A DNA stretch of 63,572 nt, counting the filler, from Thraustochytrium aureum (Eukaryota), in the NCBI GenBank assembly GCA_012862495.1. It is 6 parts of 5 records of this genome, joined end to end, with 100 filler letters (N's around TTAATTAATTAA, not from the genome) between each part and the next. Parts side by side here need not be neighbours in the genome. Positions count along the whole stretch, not along the records: positions 17,077 to 29,179 come from BLSG01000369.1; positions 29,280 to 49,943 come from BLSG01000371.1; 4 more parts are not named here. One strand, 5' to 3'. Shown here piece by piece: positions 23,033 to 34,284 of the stretch. Each line of letters opens with the position of its first letter. Within the stretch, counting starts at the first letter, position 1. The translations under genes and the position numbers were made by a program. A model generated the notes under the pieces. It was not told the origin of the DNA. It saw only the letters and a list, made by a program, of their open reading frames with translations, and did not search any database.

Positions 23033-24448
23033 CTACCCTCCCTCATCGAGGCCTCTGGTGGCTGGGGCTCGCAGGCCATCTGCGGTGCTCGGTGCAAAGC
23101 TTTCGATTCGCGGATGATGACGTTTCGCGCCAACATCGGCAGAGAGTCCGTCATTCGGCAGGCTCTGCGCCGCATCAGACTTTCGGTTGTGAGTCCGGCT
23201 CCTACGGGACTGGGCTGATTTCGCGTCTTGGATCATCAGGACGCGTCCCGGGAAAGTCGCTCCAGCCTCGGGCGGCTGTCTACAGATTCGAAGCCCCTGG
23301 TGTCTGCCGCCGCCGCCGCCGCCGCGATGATCCACCCTTTGACCGGTGCCTGCTTCTTGGTGCCTCGCTAAACGCCCTTTCTAGGCGACGCTGCCGGCGT
23401 TCACGGGCCCTCGCGACTTGACTTGGCGGGTCAATCCAGATCGGCTCTAAATCAACCGCCTGGCCGGTTTCTTCGTCGATCCAGAGCTCACCTCCCCGCT
23501 TTTTGGGCTAGTCTGGCCAAACCCTCGTGCATTGGCCAGAACAGCAGCGCCGACCGGCTGGCGCAACGTTGTGGGGCGCAAGAAGTCGTGCGACACGCTC
23601 GTCTGTCGGCAAACGAGGTCGTCAACCTTGCGCGCCACCTGCGTTACCGACGCGAGATGCAGAAAAGGACGCGCGTGCTTGCACTCGTCCTCCTCGATCG
23701 CGCTGTCCTCAGAGGATTGAGACTGGCTGCAGTCAGAGTCGGACACTGCGTCGGGCCATGCAGCACTGCTCGCCAACTTGGGGCTTTGCATGTGCCACTT
23801 TGGCTTTGCCCACTCGACTGGGCTGGTTTCGGATTCCGAGCTCGGCGAGTGGTCTCCATCGCTGCGTTCACCGCCAAAGTGCCACTGTGACTGCGATGCA
23901 GGCCGATGATCCATTTTGCGGCTGTCGTCGCCGCTCGCCATGCAAGCGATACTCGCGGACGACCCAACTTGGCTGCTGCCTTCTTCGTCCCCGGGAGGGC
24001 TGTCATGTGGATCGTTCACTTGTCTGTTGCGGTCAACCTCATTCTCGGATCTGGAGGCGTCACTGCTCTCATCAGCGTCTCTCTGGTCCACGGCGACTTC
24101 CTGTTCAACCGTTTCGTCATGCGGTGCACTGTGCAAGGCGTCGAGCGCCAAGGGCTCTACCTCTTCGTCCGCGTCTCTCTGAGCATCAACGTCCGCCTCG
24201 GCAATCACACTGGTGTGGGCCTTCGCAGCAAGTCCAGTCGCCTCAACAGCAGAATTGTTCCTAGTAGCGGCAGACTCCTCGGCGCCACGTCCCATGCTCG
24301 GCAGCTCGGCAGCCTGGTCGTCCAAGCCGAGCGCCGCGGCTGCCTTGCTCAAGTGCAAATCCTCCTCCGCGGCATTCAATTGAGCTCGGTCAATGTCGTC
24401 GTCGAAAGTGTCCTCGCGCTGCGCGCCGCCTGCGAGGCCCTCCAACAT
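23033..24448 (-). CDS. Hypothetical acidic, low-complexity protein
   Basis: Open frame from ATG 24448 to 23447 with coding-like composition; probably continues in ORF 23033-23335. Confidence 0.4.
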
Positions 24449-24874
24449 TGCAGCAAGCAAAATGCGGTTGCGCGGCCCTGCGCGACGGCCGTTGCTACTG
24501 CTGCTGCTGCTGCTGCTGCCCGGTGGTTGAGGCTTTGATGCGCTCGCTCTGCGAGGATGGAGAGTGGGCTTGTGCGTTGCAGGTGCCGGATCTAACGGTA
24601 CTCTCAACTTCTTGGCGCGGCCCTTGCAAGCCCAGCCCTCGTCGCATGCAGACTCGGCTCGCAGTCGAGCAAAGCCCAAGCACTTTTAAAGCCCTTCTAA
24701 CTGAAAAGAGACAGGCAGTCTCGGTTTGCTTCTTTCAAAAGGCGGAGGGTCATCGTGACAACACATGCCACCGATCTGCGTTGCGTGGCTCTGGCCGCTC
24801 AAAGCATGCAAGGGCAGGGCGCAGTCGAGAAATTGCTTTTCGATTGCTTTTGAAAAAAGGACCTGGTGGTTGGT

Positions 24875-27309
24875 TCACTTTGCGGCGAGCTTGGCGCGCA
24901 ACTCGTCAATTTGCGCGCGAAGGCTCTCGATCTCGGCGCTGTCCGCGCTGGATGTGGATTGGCCTCCAACGGTTGTTGGCATCACAGAGGCAGACGTCGA
25001 GGCTGTCGTGCTCGGAATCACGCCGTGGCGAATCATGAGAAACTTGGGGATCAGTATAAGCGACAAGGTGATCGTCGACGTTGCGCAAATACCAATGCTG
25101 ACGATTCCGAACTGCTGCGAAGCAGTCGTGCTCAGCCCTTGCACGACCCCGAGCGTGCCACCAGTGAGGAGCGCCCCGTTGTAGACGGCCAGGAAGACCC
25201 ACTTTGACTCGCTGAGCACCTCACTGACAGCTCGCGTAAGGTACGACTGGTAGCAGCCGTACGCCATGAGGGCGATGTGGAAAAAGTACAGCACGGTGAC
25301 GATTTGGGGGCTTTCAGCCGCGCAGCCGTCAAACGGCACGCTGTGGCCGTTGATGACCTGAATTGTCGTTGCCGGAACCGGTGGCTCTAACGCGAGCACT
25401 AGCACGACGATCGCCGTGTTGACAAACACGAGGCCAACCAAACGCTTGAACAGCGACGAGTCGGAGACTTTGATCTTCCGAAGCCTTTTCCCGACAGACA
25501 TGACCTTTTGAAGGCGCCAGGTCTTTAGAAAGAGCGGCCCAAACACCATCGTTGCCCCCGTTGACGTCGTGGCGACCAAAACGCCGCAGGTGAACTCGCC
25601 AGCAGGGCCGACGATGAGAAAGGGCGTCGCCTGAACCACCAGGGCGCCAATGATCATGACGGCGAGGAACCGCCTCTGGCTCATGACCATGACCTTGTGA
25701 CGCCAGTTTAAGGCAAAAAGAGCCCGAGACAGCTCGTGTAGGCCAGCGAGACGCCTGCCACGGCGAGTGGGAACGTATTGTCTTCCAGGGCGGCGTAGTT
25801 GCACGGCACAGTGACATTCTCGGGCTGCGAGCAGTAGCGCTCAGACTCGTCCGTAGCCGGGACGTACGAAACAACACGGTCTGGCTCGCAACTTGACACG
25901 GACTGAACAAAGTCCACCGAGAGCTGGCATTCCTTGTGAAAGTCAACCGGACGGGTTGTAGTTTTGCCAGGCCACGAGATGCTCTCTGTGAGCGATACCG
26001 TCCCCCTGGAGGTGTCAACCATCCCAACGTTGAACATGACCCCATCGCGGGCGTTGATTATCTCATACGGCGCACCAGTTCGGTCCCCGAACTCGTTCAT
26101 GACAATCGGCCCCGTCGACCCTTTAATGCTGACGCTGCGGACCCCGCTGTTGAGGAGCTCGGTGTTGTAGTAGTTCTCGGGGCCTGCTTCGTGAAGTCCG
26201 TACGCGGCGACCAAGGTCGCATCGTACGCGAATGCGATCAAGGCCAGCCCGGCAAAGATTGGGTTGATGAGGGTCATGTTTGCAAAGGGGCCTTCGGTGT
26301 CGGCCATGTGAGCCATGACGCAGCCCATCATCTCGCCGTACTCTGGGCTTGAGGTGTTTGTGTAGCTCTTTAGCGCAAGAAAGCCGTCCGTGGAGTTGCC
26401 GTACGCGTTGTTCGGCTGGCTGATGACGCCGTCCGGGGTGAACCACGCCCAGCCCGCTCCAAGCATTCCGCGACGCTCAGCTAGCTTGAGCAGCTCGGTG
26501 AGAACGTGCGAGCTGACCACAACAAAGACGACCCGGGCGCCGGAAGACTCGAGCTGCTCGAGGGCGAGGTCCATGTCGCCGAGGATCGCGGTGATGTTGG
26601 AGGAGGCCGGAATCGTCTGCTGCTTGACGACCTCGAGGCCGACTTCGATGGCCCCCTTGTTGAAATCCCCAATCGTTCCGTCCGAGTATGAGTCGGGTGT
26701 CACGCTGAGTGTTGCCGCGCGCCGAAACCCAACTCCTCTAATGAGCGAGGCCGTTGCGCTCCCACTCATAACCTGCAGCAGGCGGTTGTAGTACGGGAAG
26801 CCGATCTCGGGGTCGTTGCTGCTCAGCTCGGGGCTCGCAACCGTCAACCCAATGTTGACCTGGCCATAGATCTTGCCAATCGTTCCTGAACCCAGTGCAA
26901 CACCCGAAGATGTCCCGCCCACAACGAGCTTGACGCCGGCGTGCTCGAGGCAAATGCCGGCCTTGACAGCCCCAGCTTGACTAGATCCGTGGTTGACAAA
27001 CATGGGCTCGAGAATCGTGTTGGGCAACACCGCGTCCATCCGGTTGACCTTTTGGATTGCGCACATGACGCCCATGTCGACGAGGTTGGCAAACATCATC
27101 TCTCTGCCCGACATGGCGTCCAGCACGCCGATGTAGACGTGGGTGGCGTTGCTTTGGAAGCGGTTGGGAGGTTCGTCTTCGCTGCAAACACGCGCTCCAA
27201 CGTAGGGGGCATCGGCTGGGTTGACCAGAGGTATCGACATGCCCGGCGGCTGGGCCGAGCACAGCGCGACGCTGGCGGCCAGGGCCGCTGCAAAGAGCGT
27301 GGCTCGCAT
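24875..27309 (-). CDS. Class C (GABA-B-like) GPCR: signal peptide, Venus-flytrap/ANF-receptor domain, 7TM, C-terminal coiled coil
   Basis: VVGGTSSGVA, SPELS..FPYYNR, FAYDA, GSTGPIVMNEFGDR; 7TM motifs LFLKTWRL, SESKW, LIPKF. One indel in a T-run at ~25716. Confidence 0.9.
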
Positions 27310-27812
27310 CACGGCGCTCTATCGGGCCGCGTTGCGAGTGAGAGGGTAAAGGTATCGGAAAACGCGGCTATGTGCGGTGCTGTGCTGTGCTGTGCTGGTT
27401 AGCTAGAGTTGAGTCGCAAGAACTCGTCTGGCAATCAGGGTCTGCACCAGCAAGAGAACAAGGCCGCAGGGTGAATGCGAGCTGACAAGAGCAACGGCTC
27501 GGCCATGGCTGTCCAAGTCGCATCAGGGCGCAAATTCAGTGCGGCGGCATCGAGGCGGCCTTGCGCAGCACCTGCAGCTCTCAATTGAAATCTTCTTTTC
27601 GGTCAAGTTCAAAGTGCTCGGAGCTCCCTTACCACGATGCGTTTGGCATCGACTCCTCCCCCCTTGTGTGGCGAAAGGAGCGCGGTCGCAAGGTCCTGTA
27701 TTTGTGCTTCAATCAGTATTGGATAGTCTAAAGTGGACAACTGTTTGGCCAGGAAACGTCCTCGTTGAGGCAAATCATGACGAAGCCGGGCCGCTCGAAG
27801 CTCATTGTTTGA

Positions 27813-28640
27813 ATGTTGCGGCACTCTGTCAGCTCAGAGGCAATCATTCGGCAGGGAGGAGCACATGCATGTACGGCAGGAAGGCGCATGTATGAACGGC
27901 AGGCCGCAGTTCCCCTCTTCTTCTCAGTCCAACACAACGGACACGTAGAACTCGGGTTCGTTGTAGAGCGCACTTTAAATTTTAAAAAATTAAATAAAAA
28001 GCACTGGTTGATCATCACAGAAGAAATAAAACGTCTTGCAGTCGCACGGCTCTTGCAGTCGCACGGCTCTTGCGTGGCCAAGCCGTTACAGGTCGCCGCC
28101 GCCCACCACCTGTCAGTTTTCCAGGCCTCGCTCGAAAAAAAAATGCACCAGAGCCTTCGCGAAACGCGCCTGTTCTCCAAGGGATGGCCTGCGTCTGCCA
28201 AGGCGACAGACAAAGACGGTTGAGCCCCTGCAGTCGACTCGCCGACAAGGCTGGTCGAAAATTTCTGCGAGATGGGTCGAAGCAATCTGTCTACATTCGA
28301 AGCCAAGTAGAACAGGAACTGATCACCATGTTTCTGACCACCCTGCAGCCAGCACCGACAGGGACGAGTTGATTGAGTTGGCAAGGGTACACGCCGTGTT
28401 GTGCGACGTCGGAACAACATCGTCCTGCAAGAGCGCGTCAGATCGGCGATACCATCTGACAGTAACGGTCATATTCTACCTCGACGACCTCGGAAAGGTC
28501 GGAGCTCCCATCCGCTCCGACGACGCTTTGGCAGCAGGCACGGAGCGCGGCGTACGGTCTGTCAGCACACTCGCAGAGTGCGGAACAGGCTGTGCAGGAC
28601 TAGTCGCATCGTCCAAGGACTCTCTAGAGTCGCCTGCGTT
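27813..28640 (+). mobile_element. Degenerate reverse transcriptase relic of a non-LTR (CRE-like) retrotransposon
   Basis: RT-like motifs in the expected order across three frames: KKLNKKHWLIITEEIKRLAVARLL..KPLQV, IRSQVEQELITMFLTTLQP, VIFYLDDLGKVG, LAECG..GLV.SSK. GC is lower than in flanking genes. Confidence 0.45.
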
Positions 28641-28670
28641 CAATCAACAGGACCAACACGAGTCGCCGGT

Positions 28671-29179
28671 ATGTCGCAGCTGTTGGCAGCAATACTGCTC
28701 CTGGGGCTCGCCGCTGCGGACAGCTATGCGGTGCAGTCGCTAGACCGGGCGGGCAAGTGCTCTTCCGCATGCAGGGATTCCCGAGACGACAGGGTTTGCA
28801 ACCCGAGCTGCTTTGTGGAAGAGTGCGACTTTGACGGTGACGACTGCGATGAGGCCTTGGAAACGTTTTGGAGGCGCAAGTGCCACCCCGACTGCTCGAG
28901 CGCTCTCCGGGAATCCGGCCAATGCAATACAATTTGCGCCACGCCATCTTGCGGGATGAATGATGGCGCTTGCGACTCTTCGTTTCTCAACGGCGTGCGG
29001 CCTTGGAGCGATGCCGACTTAAAGTACTTTTTCGCTTGGCGACGAGGCGTCCTCGGGATCAGCATCGACGACTACTCTACATATTCGTACTCCTCCAGTA
29101 GTAGGCGGGACAGTGACGAGGACGAGGACGACGAAGAGGACGAGGACGACGAAGAGGACGACGACGACGAAGAGGACGA
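28671..29179 (+). CDS. Secreted protein with two LNR (Notch/Lin-12) repeats and an acidic D/E tract (3' truncated)
   Basis: Signal peptide MSQLLAAILLLGLAAA; C...C......VCNPSC.VEECDFDGDDC and a second 6-Cys repeat. Confidence 0.75.
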
Positions 29180-29223
29180 NNNNNNNNNNNNNNNNNNNNN
29201 NNNNNNNNNNNNNNNNNNNNNNN

Positions 29224-29235
29224 TTAATTAATTAA
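29224..29235. other. Artificial scaffold linker TTAATTAATTAA
   Basis: N44-flanked six-frame stop linker. Confidence 0.97.
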
Positions 29236-29305
29236 NNNNNNNNNNNNNNNNNNNNNNNNNNNNNNNNNNNNNNNNNNNNCCGCCTTCCGCGAGCACGCCG
29301 AGAGC

Positions 29306-32300
29306 ATGGCCGCCAAGCTGGGTCTCCTCTTCGGGGGCACGGGAAGGCTGGCGAATCAGCGGTCCAACGAGCGCCTTCTCACTTCTAGGATCAACGTCCG
29401 CAGCAACGACGGGACGTCGAGCGACGTAACCGAGCCGTTCACGTGCTTTGAGGAGCCGTCCGACGTGGCCCGAAGGATCTGCGCCGCTGCGAACAGCGAG
29501 AAGGGTCCCCTTAGTGACTTTGGCGAGTGTCTGCGCTCCCTCTCGACGCAGACCTCGCGGATGCAGGCCGCGTCTTGCTCGTCGCAGCTGGAAGACTGGC
29601 TCGACCGCCCGCTAAAGCACTTTCTCAGATCCCTGCAGTGGCTCATCCTGGACGAGTCGCTCTACTACGGGGTGCGCACCTGGAAGTTTGCATTCGACCT
29701 TTGGGTGTACCAAGAAATCCTCGTCGCCGATCCGCCCGACATCCTCATCGAGGTTGGCAACATGTACGGCGGGTCGGCGCTGTATTTTGCGCGCCTCTTT
29801 GACACGATGGGCCACCACGGCCGCATCATAGCGGTCGACATCGACCACTCCAACTTGGACCCACTCGCTCGCGCTCATCCGCGCATCACGTGGGTGGAAG
29901 GGGACGCTCTTCTGGCGTTCCCCAAGGTGCAAGAGCTCGTGCGCCGCGGCGAGTCGGTCATGCTCATCGAGGACGCCAGCCACACCTTTGCCCACACGCT
30001 CGAGATCATGCGTCGCTACTCTGCGCTCGTCACGGTGGGCTCGTGGATGATCATCGAGGACACTGTCCTCCACAACGGGGTGGAAAACCCCTACTTTAAC
30101 GACCCTGGCGCGTTCGCCAGCGTCGAGCGATTCATGCAAGAGCAGCCGTCGGAGGGCCTGCCGCAGTGGCGGGTCGCGCGCGAGATGGAGCGCTTCGTCG
30201 TGACGTGGAACCCGAAGGGCTTTCTCCAGCGCATCTCTGCACCTCCGAGCGCCGCGTCAGCGGCTGGGGAGGAGGGCGTGTGCGATGGAGAAGCGTCGGC
30301 GTCGTCGACGGGACCTGCAACAGCGTGCTGGAACTCGGGCGAAGAGATTTCGCTTGCCTCGCTCCCGTTGCAGACGCTCAATGCGCTCGAGAGCTACCTC
30401 GGCGACCGCACAGCAGTCGTTGGGGGCGAGATGCTCTGGCTAGATCTGGGCCACGGCGAGCGGATTCCGCTTGAGCACGTCTTGGGCGAGAAGATTCCTA
30501 GCCGGCAGCGCTTGCTTCAAGACGTTGCCCAGCTGGTCCGGGCAGGCTCGCTCACGCTCTGCGGCTCGAAGGGAAGCCTTTCGGGCACTGCTCTCGACCA
30601 ATGCACGGCTCGGCTTGCAGCCCGCACGCTCGCGGCGATTCCAGAGGTGGCCGAGCTCCCAGTTCTCATGACGGCAGCTGAAATGCTCACCCCCTTGCAC
30701 GTCCCAAGCGCAGAGGCGCGTGCCGAAGATCCGACCGCCGCGCGGTTTTACGACGTTCCGATGCTCCTTACGCGTGGCCCCGGCGTGGCAGTTGTGCCCG
30801 GCTTGAGCCCCGAGGAGGCCGCACGGCTTCGCGAGGCAGTTGTGGCTCTGCCGGCCTTTCAAGCACGCGCGGCAGAGCACGCCAAGACGCAGAACAGGTA
30901 CCTGGACGTTTTGTGCGCAAGTCGCGAGGAGGGCTGCGTGCCGCCGGTGCCCGAACTGCTGAGCCTTGTCGCGAACGAAAAGCTGGACGAGCCGCTGCGC
31001 CGACTCTTGGGCGAGGGGTACCTGCTTGACTCGACCAGTCTCTCAGTCCAGTGGCCCGGCACTGGGCGGTTTGGCCCGCATGTGGACAGGCCGTTCCTGA
31101 CGGAGGCGTTCATGACGGACGACTGGCCGTACTCGGCGGCCGGCATGCCGCTCCCTGCCAAAGACTACCCGCTCTCCGTGCAGGTCATCTTGCTGCTGGA
31201 CAATTTCACATCGCGCAATGGCGGCTTTTACACCGTGGGAACAGGCAACGCAGAGCAGCTGCGCTCGGAAATGCACGCCGCCGCAAATGCGACCGATTGG
31301 GGGCTCAACGACTGGTTTGCGCGCAACAAAGGGCGTGTCGTCACCGGGCGCGCAGGCGAGATCATCCTGGCGCACGGCGCCGCCTGGCACGGCGCTCTCG
31401 CCAACCATTGGCCCCGGCCGCGCATTGCGCTGCTCTTGCAGTTCGTGCCGCGATTCGTGCGCCCCAGCAACAAGCTTCCCTCGAGCGTGCTAAGCGCTGT
31501 GCCGGTCGGCCTCCGCGACCGCCTCGCCACCATCCTCGACATCGTGCCCAAGGACTTGCCGGCAGCGCGCGTTCAAGTCAACAGCGCAAACGGCCCCTCG
31601 CTGACCTTTTCGCTCGATCGAGACTGCCCGCGATGCGTGGGCCTCTCCGCCGCGCGGTTTGCGCAGCGCTTTGGTGCAGACGAAGCCCTCGCCCGAAAGC
31701 TTGCGCAAGAGGCGGTTCGCGTTGCGATCCACAACGGCGTCGTTGGGGTCGCGCCCGAGATTGTGCTCGGTCCACTCGCCAGTGCCGTCCCTGGGCCTCC
31801 GGGTGGGGCCCCGCGCGCGGACCGGCCGCGCATCGCCTTTGGGCTTGGAAGCGCCATGGGCACTTTGAGCCCCTCGCAGGTCGGCGCGCTCGTGCGCGCA
31901 GTCCTTGAGGCGGGCTACCGCGCCCTTGACCTCGCGGAGATGTACCCAAACATGGGGGCCGTCGGGGCCGCTTTTGCGGCGATCTGGGGCCCCGACGGGC
32001 GTGCGCAAGGCATGGGCTTGCCCCATCGCGACCAGGTGCACATCACGTCCAAGGTGTGGGCCACCAATTTGGCCCCCGAGCACGTCGAGGCCTCGCTGAA
32101 CGCAACGCTCAAGACGCTCCAGCTTGGCTACCTGGACGCCTGGCTGGTGCACGTCCCCGTCCCGCTGGCCTTTACAGGGACCAGCGGTCCCGCGGAGGGC
32201 AAAGCTTTCCCGATCGACGAGTCCGGTCGCCCGCTCTACGCAACGCACGTCTCGTTCCACGACACGTGGCGCGCGATGGAGTCGGTCTTGCTCGACGGGA

Positions 32301-32773
32301 CTGCTCGAGTGCGCTCTATCGGGGTCTCCAACACGCCGGGTGCCTTGCTGCACGACTTGCTCACTTCGCCCACGGTGCGCGTGCGGCCTGCAGTGAACCA
32401 GATCGAGCTCCACCCGCACCTCGCGCAGTCCGAGCTCAGAAGGGCTTGCGACCTGCGTGGCGTTCCAGTGCAGGGCTACGCACCGCTGGCGTCTGGGCGC
32501 GCCGAGCTGCTCAGCGACGCAACGGTCAAGTCGATCGCGGACCGTCTTGGCCTCTCGCCTGCGGACGTCCTCGTGGCATGGTCTGTCGCGGTGTCGAGCG
32601 GGACGGTCTATTCGTCCCGCGACCTCGCTCGCGCTCGCGGCGCTCTCAGGGCTGCCGCGTTTGCGAGCCAACTGAGCGCGGCGGACGTCGCGGCTCTCGA
32701 GCAGCTCGCTCAACGCACGGGGATGGCCACGCGCGTGTTTAACGCGCCGCACTTTTCGTTCCTGTGGGCTTAG
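29306..32773 (+). CDS. Triple fusion: CmcI-like SAM methyltransferase + PhyH-type Fe(II)/2OG dioxygenase + aldo-keto reductase (probably 5' truncated)
   Basis: CmcI: KFAFDLWVYQEIL...IEVGNMYGGSA...EDASH...IIEDT. PhyH: GPHVD...LLDNFTSRNGG...WHGALAN...R. AKR: YRALDLAEMY, ITSKVW, WLVHVP, SIGVSN, PAVNQIELHP, YAPL. Single uninterrupted 1155-aa ORF, with the frame open upstream to the scaffold edge. Confidence 0.85.
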   Translation: MAAKLGLLFGGTGRLANQRSNERLLTSRINVRSNDGTSSDVTEPFTCFEEPSDVARRICAAANSEKGPLSDFGECLRSLSTQTSRMQAASCSSQLEDWLDRPLKHFLRSLQWLILDESLYYGVRTWKFAFDLWVYQEILVADPPDILIEVGNMYGGSALYFARLFDTMGHHGRIIAVDIDHSNLDPLARAHPRITWVEGDALLAFPKVQELVRRGESVMLIEDASHTFAHTLEIMRRYSALVTVGSWMIIEDTVLHNGVENPYFNDPGAFASVERFMQEQPSEGLPQWRVAREMERFVVTWNPKGFLQRISAPPSAASAAGEEGVCDGEASASSTGPATACWNSGEEISLASLPLQTLNALESYLGDRTAVVGGEMLWLDLGHGERIPLEHVLGEKIPSRQRLLQDVAQLVRAGSLTLCGSKGSLSGTALDQCTARLAARTLAAIPEVAELPVLMTAAEMLTPLHVPSAEARAEDPTAARFYDVPMLLTRGPGVAVVPGLSPEEAARLREAVVALPAFQARAAEHAKTQNRYLDVLCASREEGCVPPVPELLSLVANEKLDEPLRRLLGEGYLLDSTSLSVQWPGTGRFGPHVDRPFLTEAFMTDDWPYSAAGMPLPAKDYPLSVQVILLLDNFTSRNGGFYTVGTGNAEQLRSEMHAAANATDWGLNDWFARNKGRVVTGRAGEIILAHGAAWHGALANHWPRPRIALLLQFVPRFVRPSNKLPSSVLSAVPVGLRDRLATILDIVPKDLPAARVQVNSANGPSLTFSLDRDCPRCVGLSAARFAQRFGADEALARKLAQEAVRVAIHNGVVGVAPEIVLGPLASAVPGPPGGAPRADRPRIAFGLGSAMGTLSPSQVGALVRAVLEAGYRALDLAEMYPNMGAVGAAFAAIWGPDGRAQGMGLPHRDQVHITSKVWATNLAPEHVEASLNATLKTLQLGYLDAWLVHVPVPLAFTGTSGPAEGKAFPIDESGRPLYATHVSFHDTWRAMESVLLDGTARVRSIGVSNTPGALLHDLLTSPTVRVRPAVNQIELHPHLAQSELRRACDLRGVPVQGYAPLASGRAELLSDATVKSIADRLGLSPADVLVAWSVAVSSGTVYSSRDLARARGALRAAAFASQLSAADVAALEQLAQRTGMATRVFNAPHFSFLWA

Positions 32774-33377
32774 GGACCGCTCGGGGCACGTGNNNNNNNN
32801 NNNNNNNNNNNNNNNNNNNNNNNNNNNNNNNNNNNNNNNNNNNNNNNNNNNNNNNNNNNNNNNNNNNNNNNNNNNNNNNNNNNNNNNNNNNNNNNNNNNN
32901 NNNNNNNNNNNNNNNNNNNNNNNNNNNNNNNNNNNNNNNNNNNNNNNNNNNNNNNNNNNNNNNNNNNNNNNNNNNNNNNNNNNNNNNNNNNNNNNNNNNN
33001 NNNNNNNNNNNNNNNNNNNNNNNNNNNNNNNNNNNNNNNNNNNNNNNNNNNNNNNNNNNNNNNNNNNNNNNNNNNNNNNNNNNNNNNCGCATCGTGCGCG
33101 CAACTCTGGCGTCAGCCCGGCGAAGGCATGGCCGACGGTGGCCTGACCGTGCACGACACGGAGGACCTGCTCCAAGTGGTTGGGTTGCGACTCGCGAGTA
33201 CCACTTGCTCGACCACGCCATGCTGAACGAGACGGAAGGCGCGACCTCACGTGAGCAGCAAGAAAACCAAACAACGGCGCTGCCGAAAGCACCAACACTG
33301 GCAGGCAGCCACGTCTCGCTGCGCCTCGGCGGCGGAGCGCTGGAGAGGACCCAGGCCAGCCCCATCGAAGGATTGGT

Positions 33378-33447
33378 CAATCTCAATCTCAATCTCAATC
33401 TTTTGATTGATCAATCTTGATCAATCTTGATCTCGAAATCAATCAAT
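33378..33447. repeat. (CAATCT)n / GATCAATCTT short tandem repeat
   Basis: Read directly. Confidence 0.8.
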
Positions 33448-33616
33448 GTCAAACGTGCCGACGCGCTGCAGGGCGGGCGTCCAGACGAAATCCACACGCA
33501 GACGACGCCTCTTTCGCGCGTTATCCCTCTCCTCTGCTTGCACTCACCGGCTTGCAGCGCACTGCGCAAGAACGTCTCGATCACAAAAACGACGGCTCCC
33601 AGGCCGCCTCTGCCCG

Positions 33617-33697
33617 AAAAAAAGAGCAAAAAAAGAGCAAAAAAGCCGCAAAAAAGCCGCAAAAAAGCCGCAAAAAAGAGCAAAAAGAGCAAAAAAG
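33617..33697. repeat. A-rich tandem repeat (AAAAAAGAGC / AAAAAAGCCGC)
   Basis: About 7 units read directly. Confidence 0.85.
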
Positions 33698-34232
33698 GAG
33701 GAAACAAGCGAGCACAACACGAGTTACTCCCTACTTCACCAACCAGCGCGGCGGCGAATGGAGAACAACGATGCTGCACGTGCACGCGAACAATCTGCTC
33801 CGCAACCGCAACGGCGGCCCAGCGAGCGAGCCTGCACTTGATTCGGCCACCAGCGCGCGGCCGTCAAGCACAGCCTGCAGCTGTCGCGTTCATTCGGCAC
33901 GGCCTTCCAACGAAGAGGTTTGTCGGACGCACGCTTCGATCGGCAGGGGCTCCAGGAGCTCCAGGCAGGAGCGCCAGGAGGTCGCCAGGCTGTTGAACGG
34001 CGAACAACGCTCGCCGAAAGACGACACGTCACAGGTAGAGTGAGTACCTGGGTAGTTCGTTCGGCGTGGGTTGCATGCAGACCAACTTGCTCTCTGGAGA
34101 GCGCGACGGCGAAGGCAGCGCACGCTCGTGGACGAACGTGCGCGCAGACGGCGTCGGCGCGTTGGATGAGGTAGGGACGGCCAACGGCGACGACGGCGAA
34201 GCGCACGCACGTACTCCACCAAAAGCAGTAGC

Positions 34233-34263
<31 letters not shown>

Positions 34264-34284
34264 GGTTTCGAGAGGCTGCAGAGA

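Noticed and set aside
33417..34043. Lys-rich histone H1-like ORFs
   Set aside because: The Lys-richness appears in all three frames and comes from an A-rich tandem repeat.
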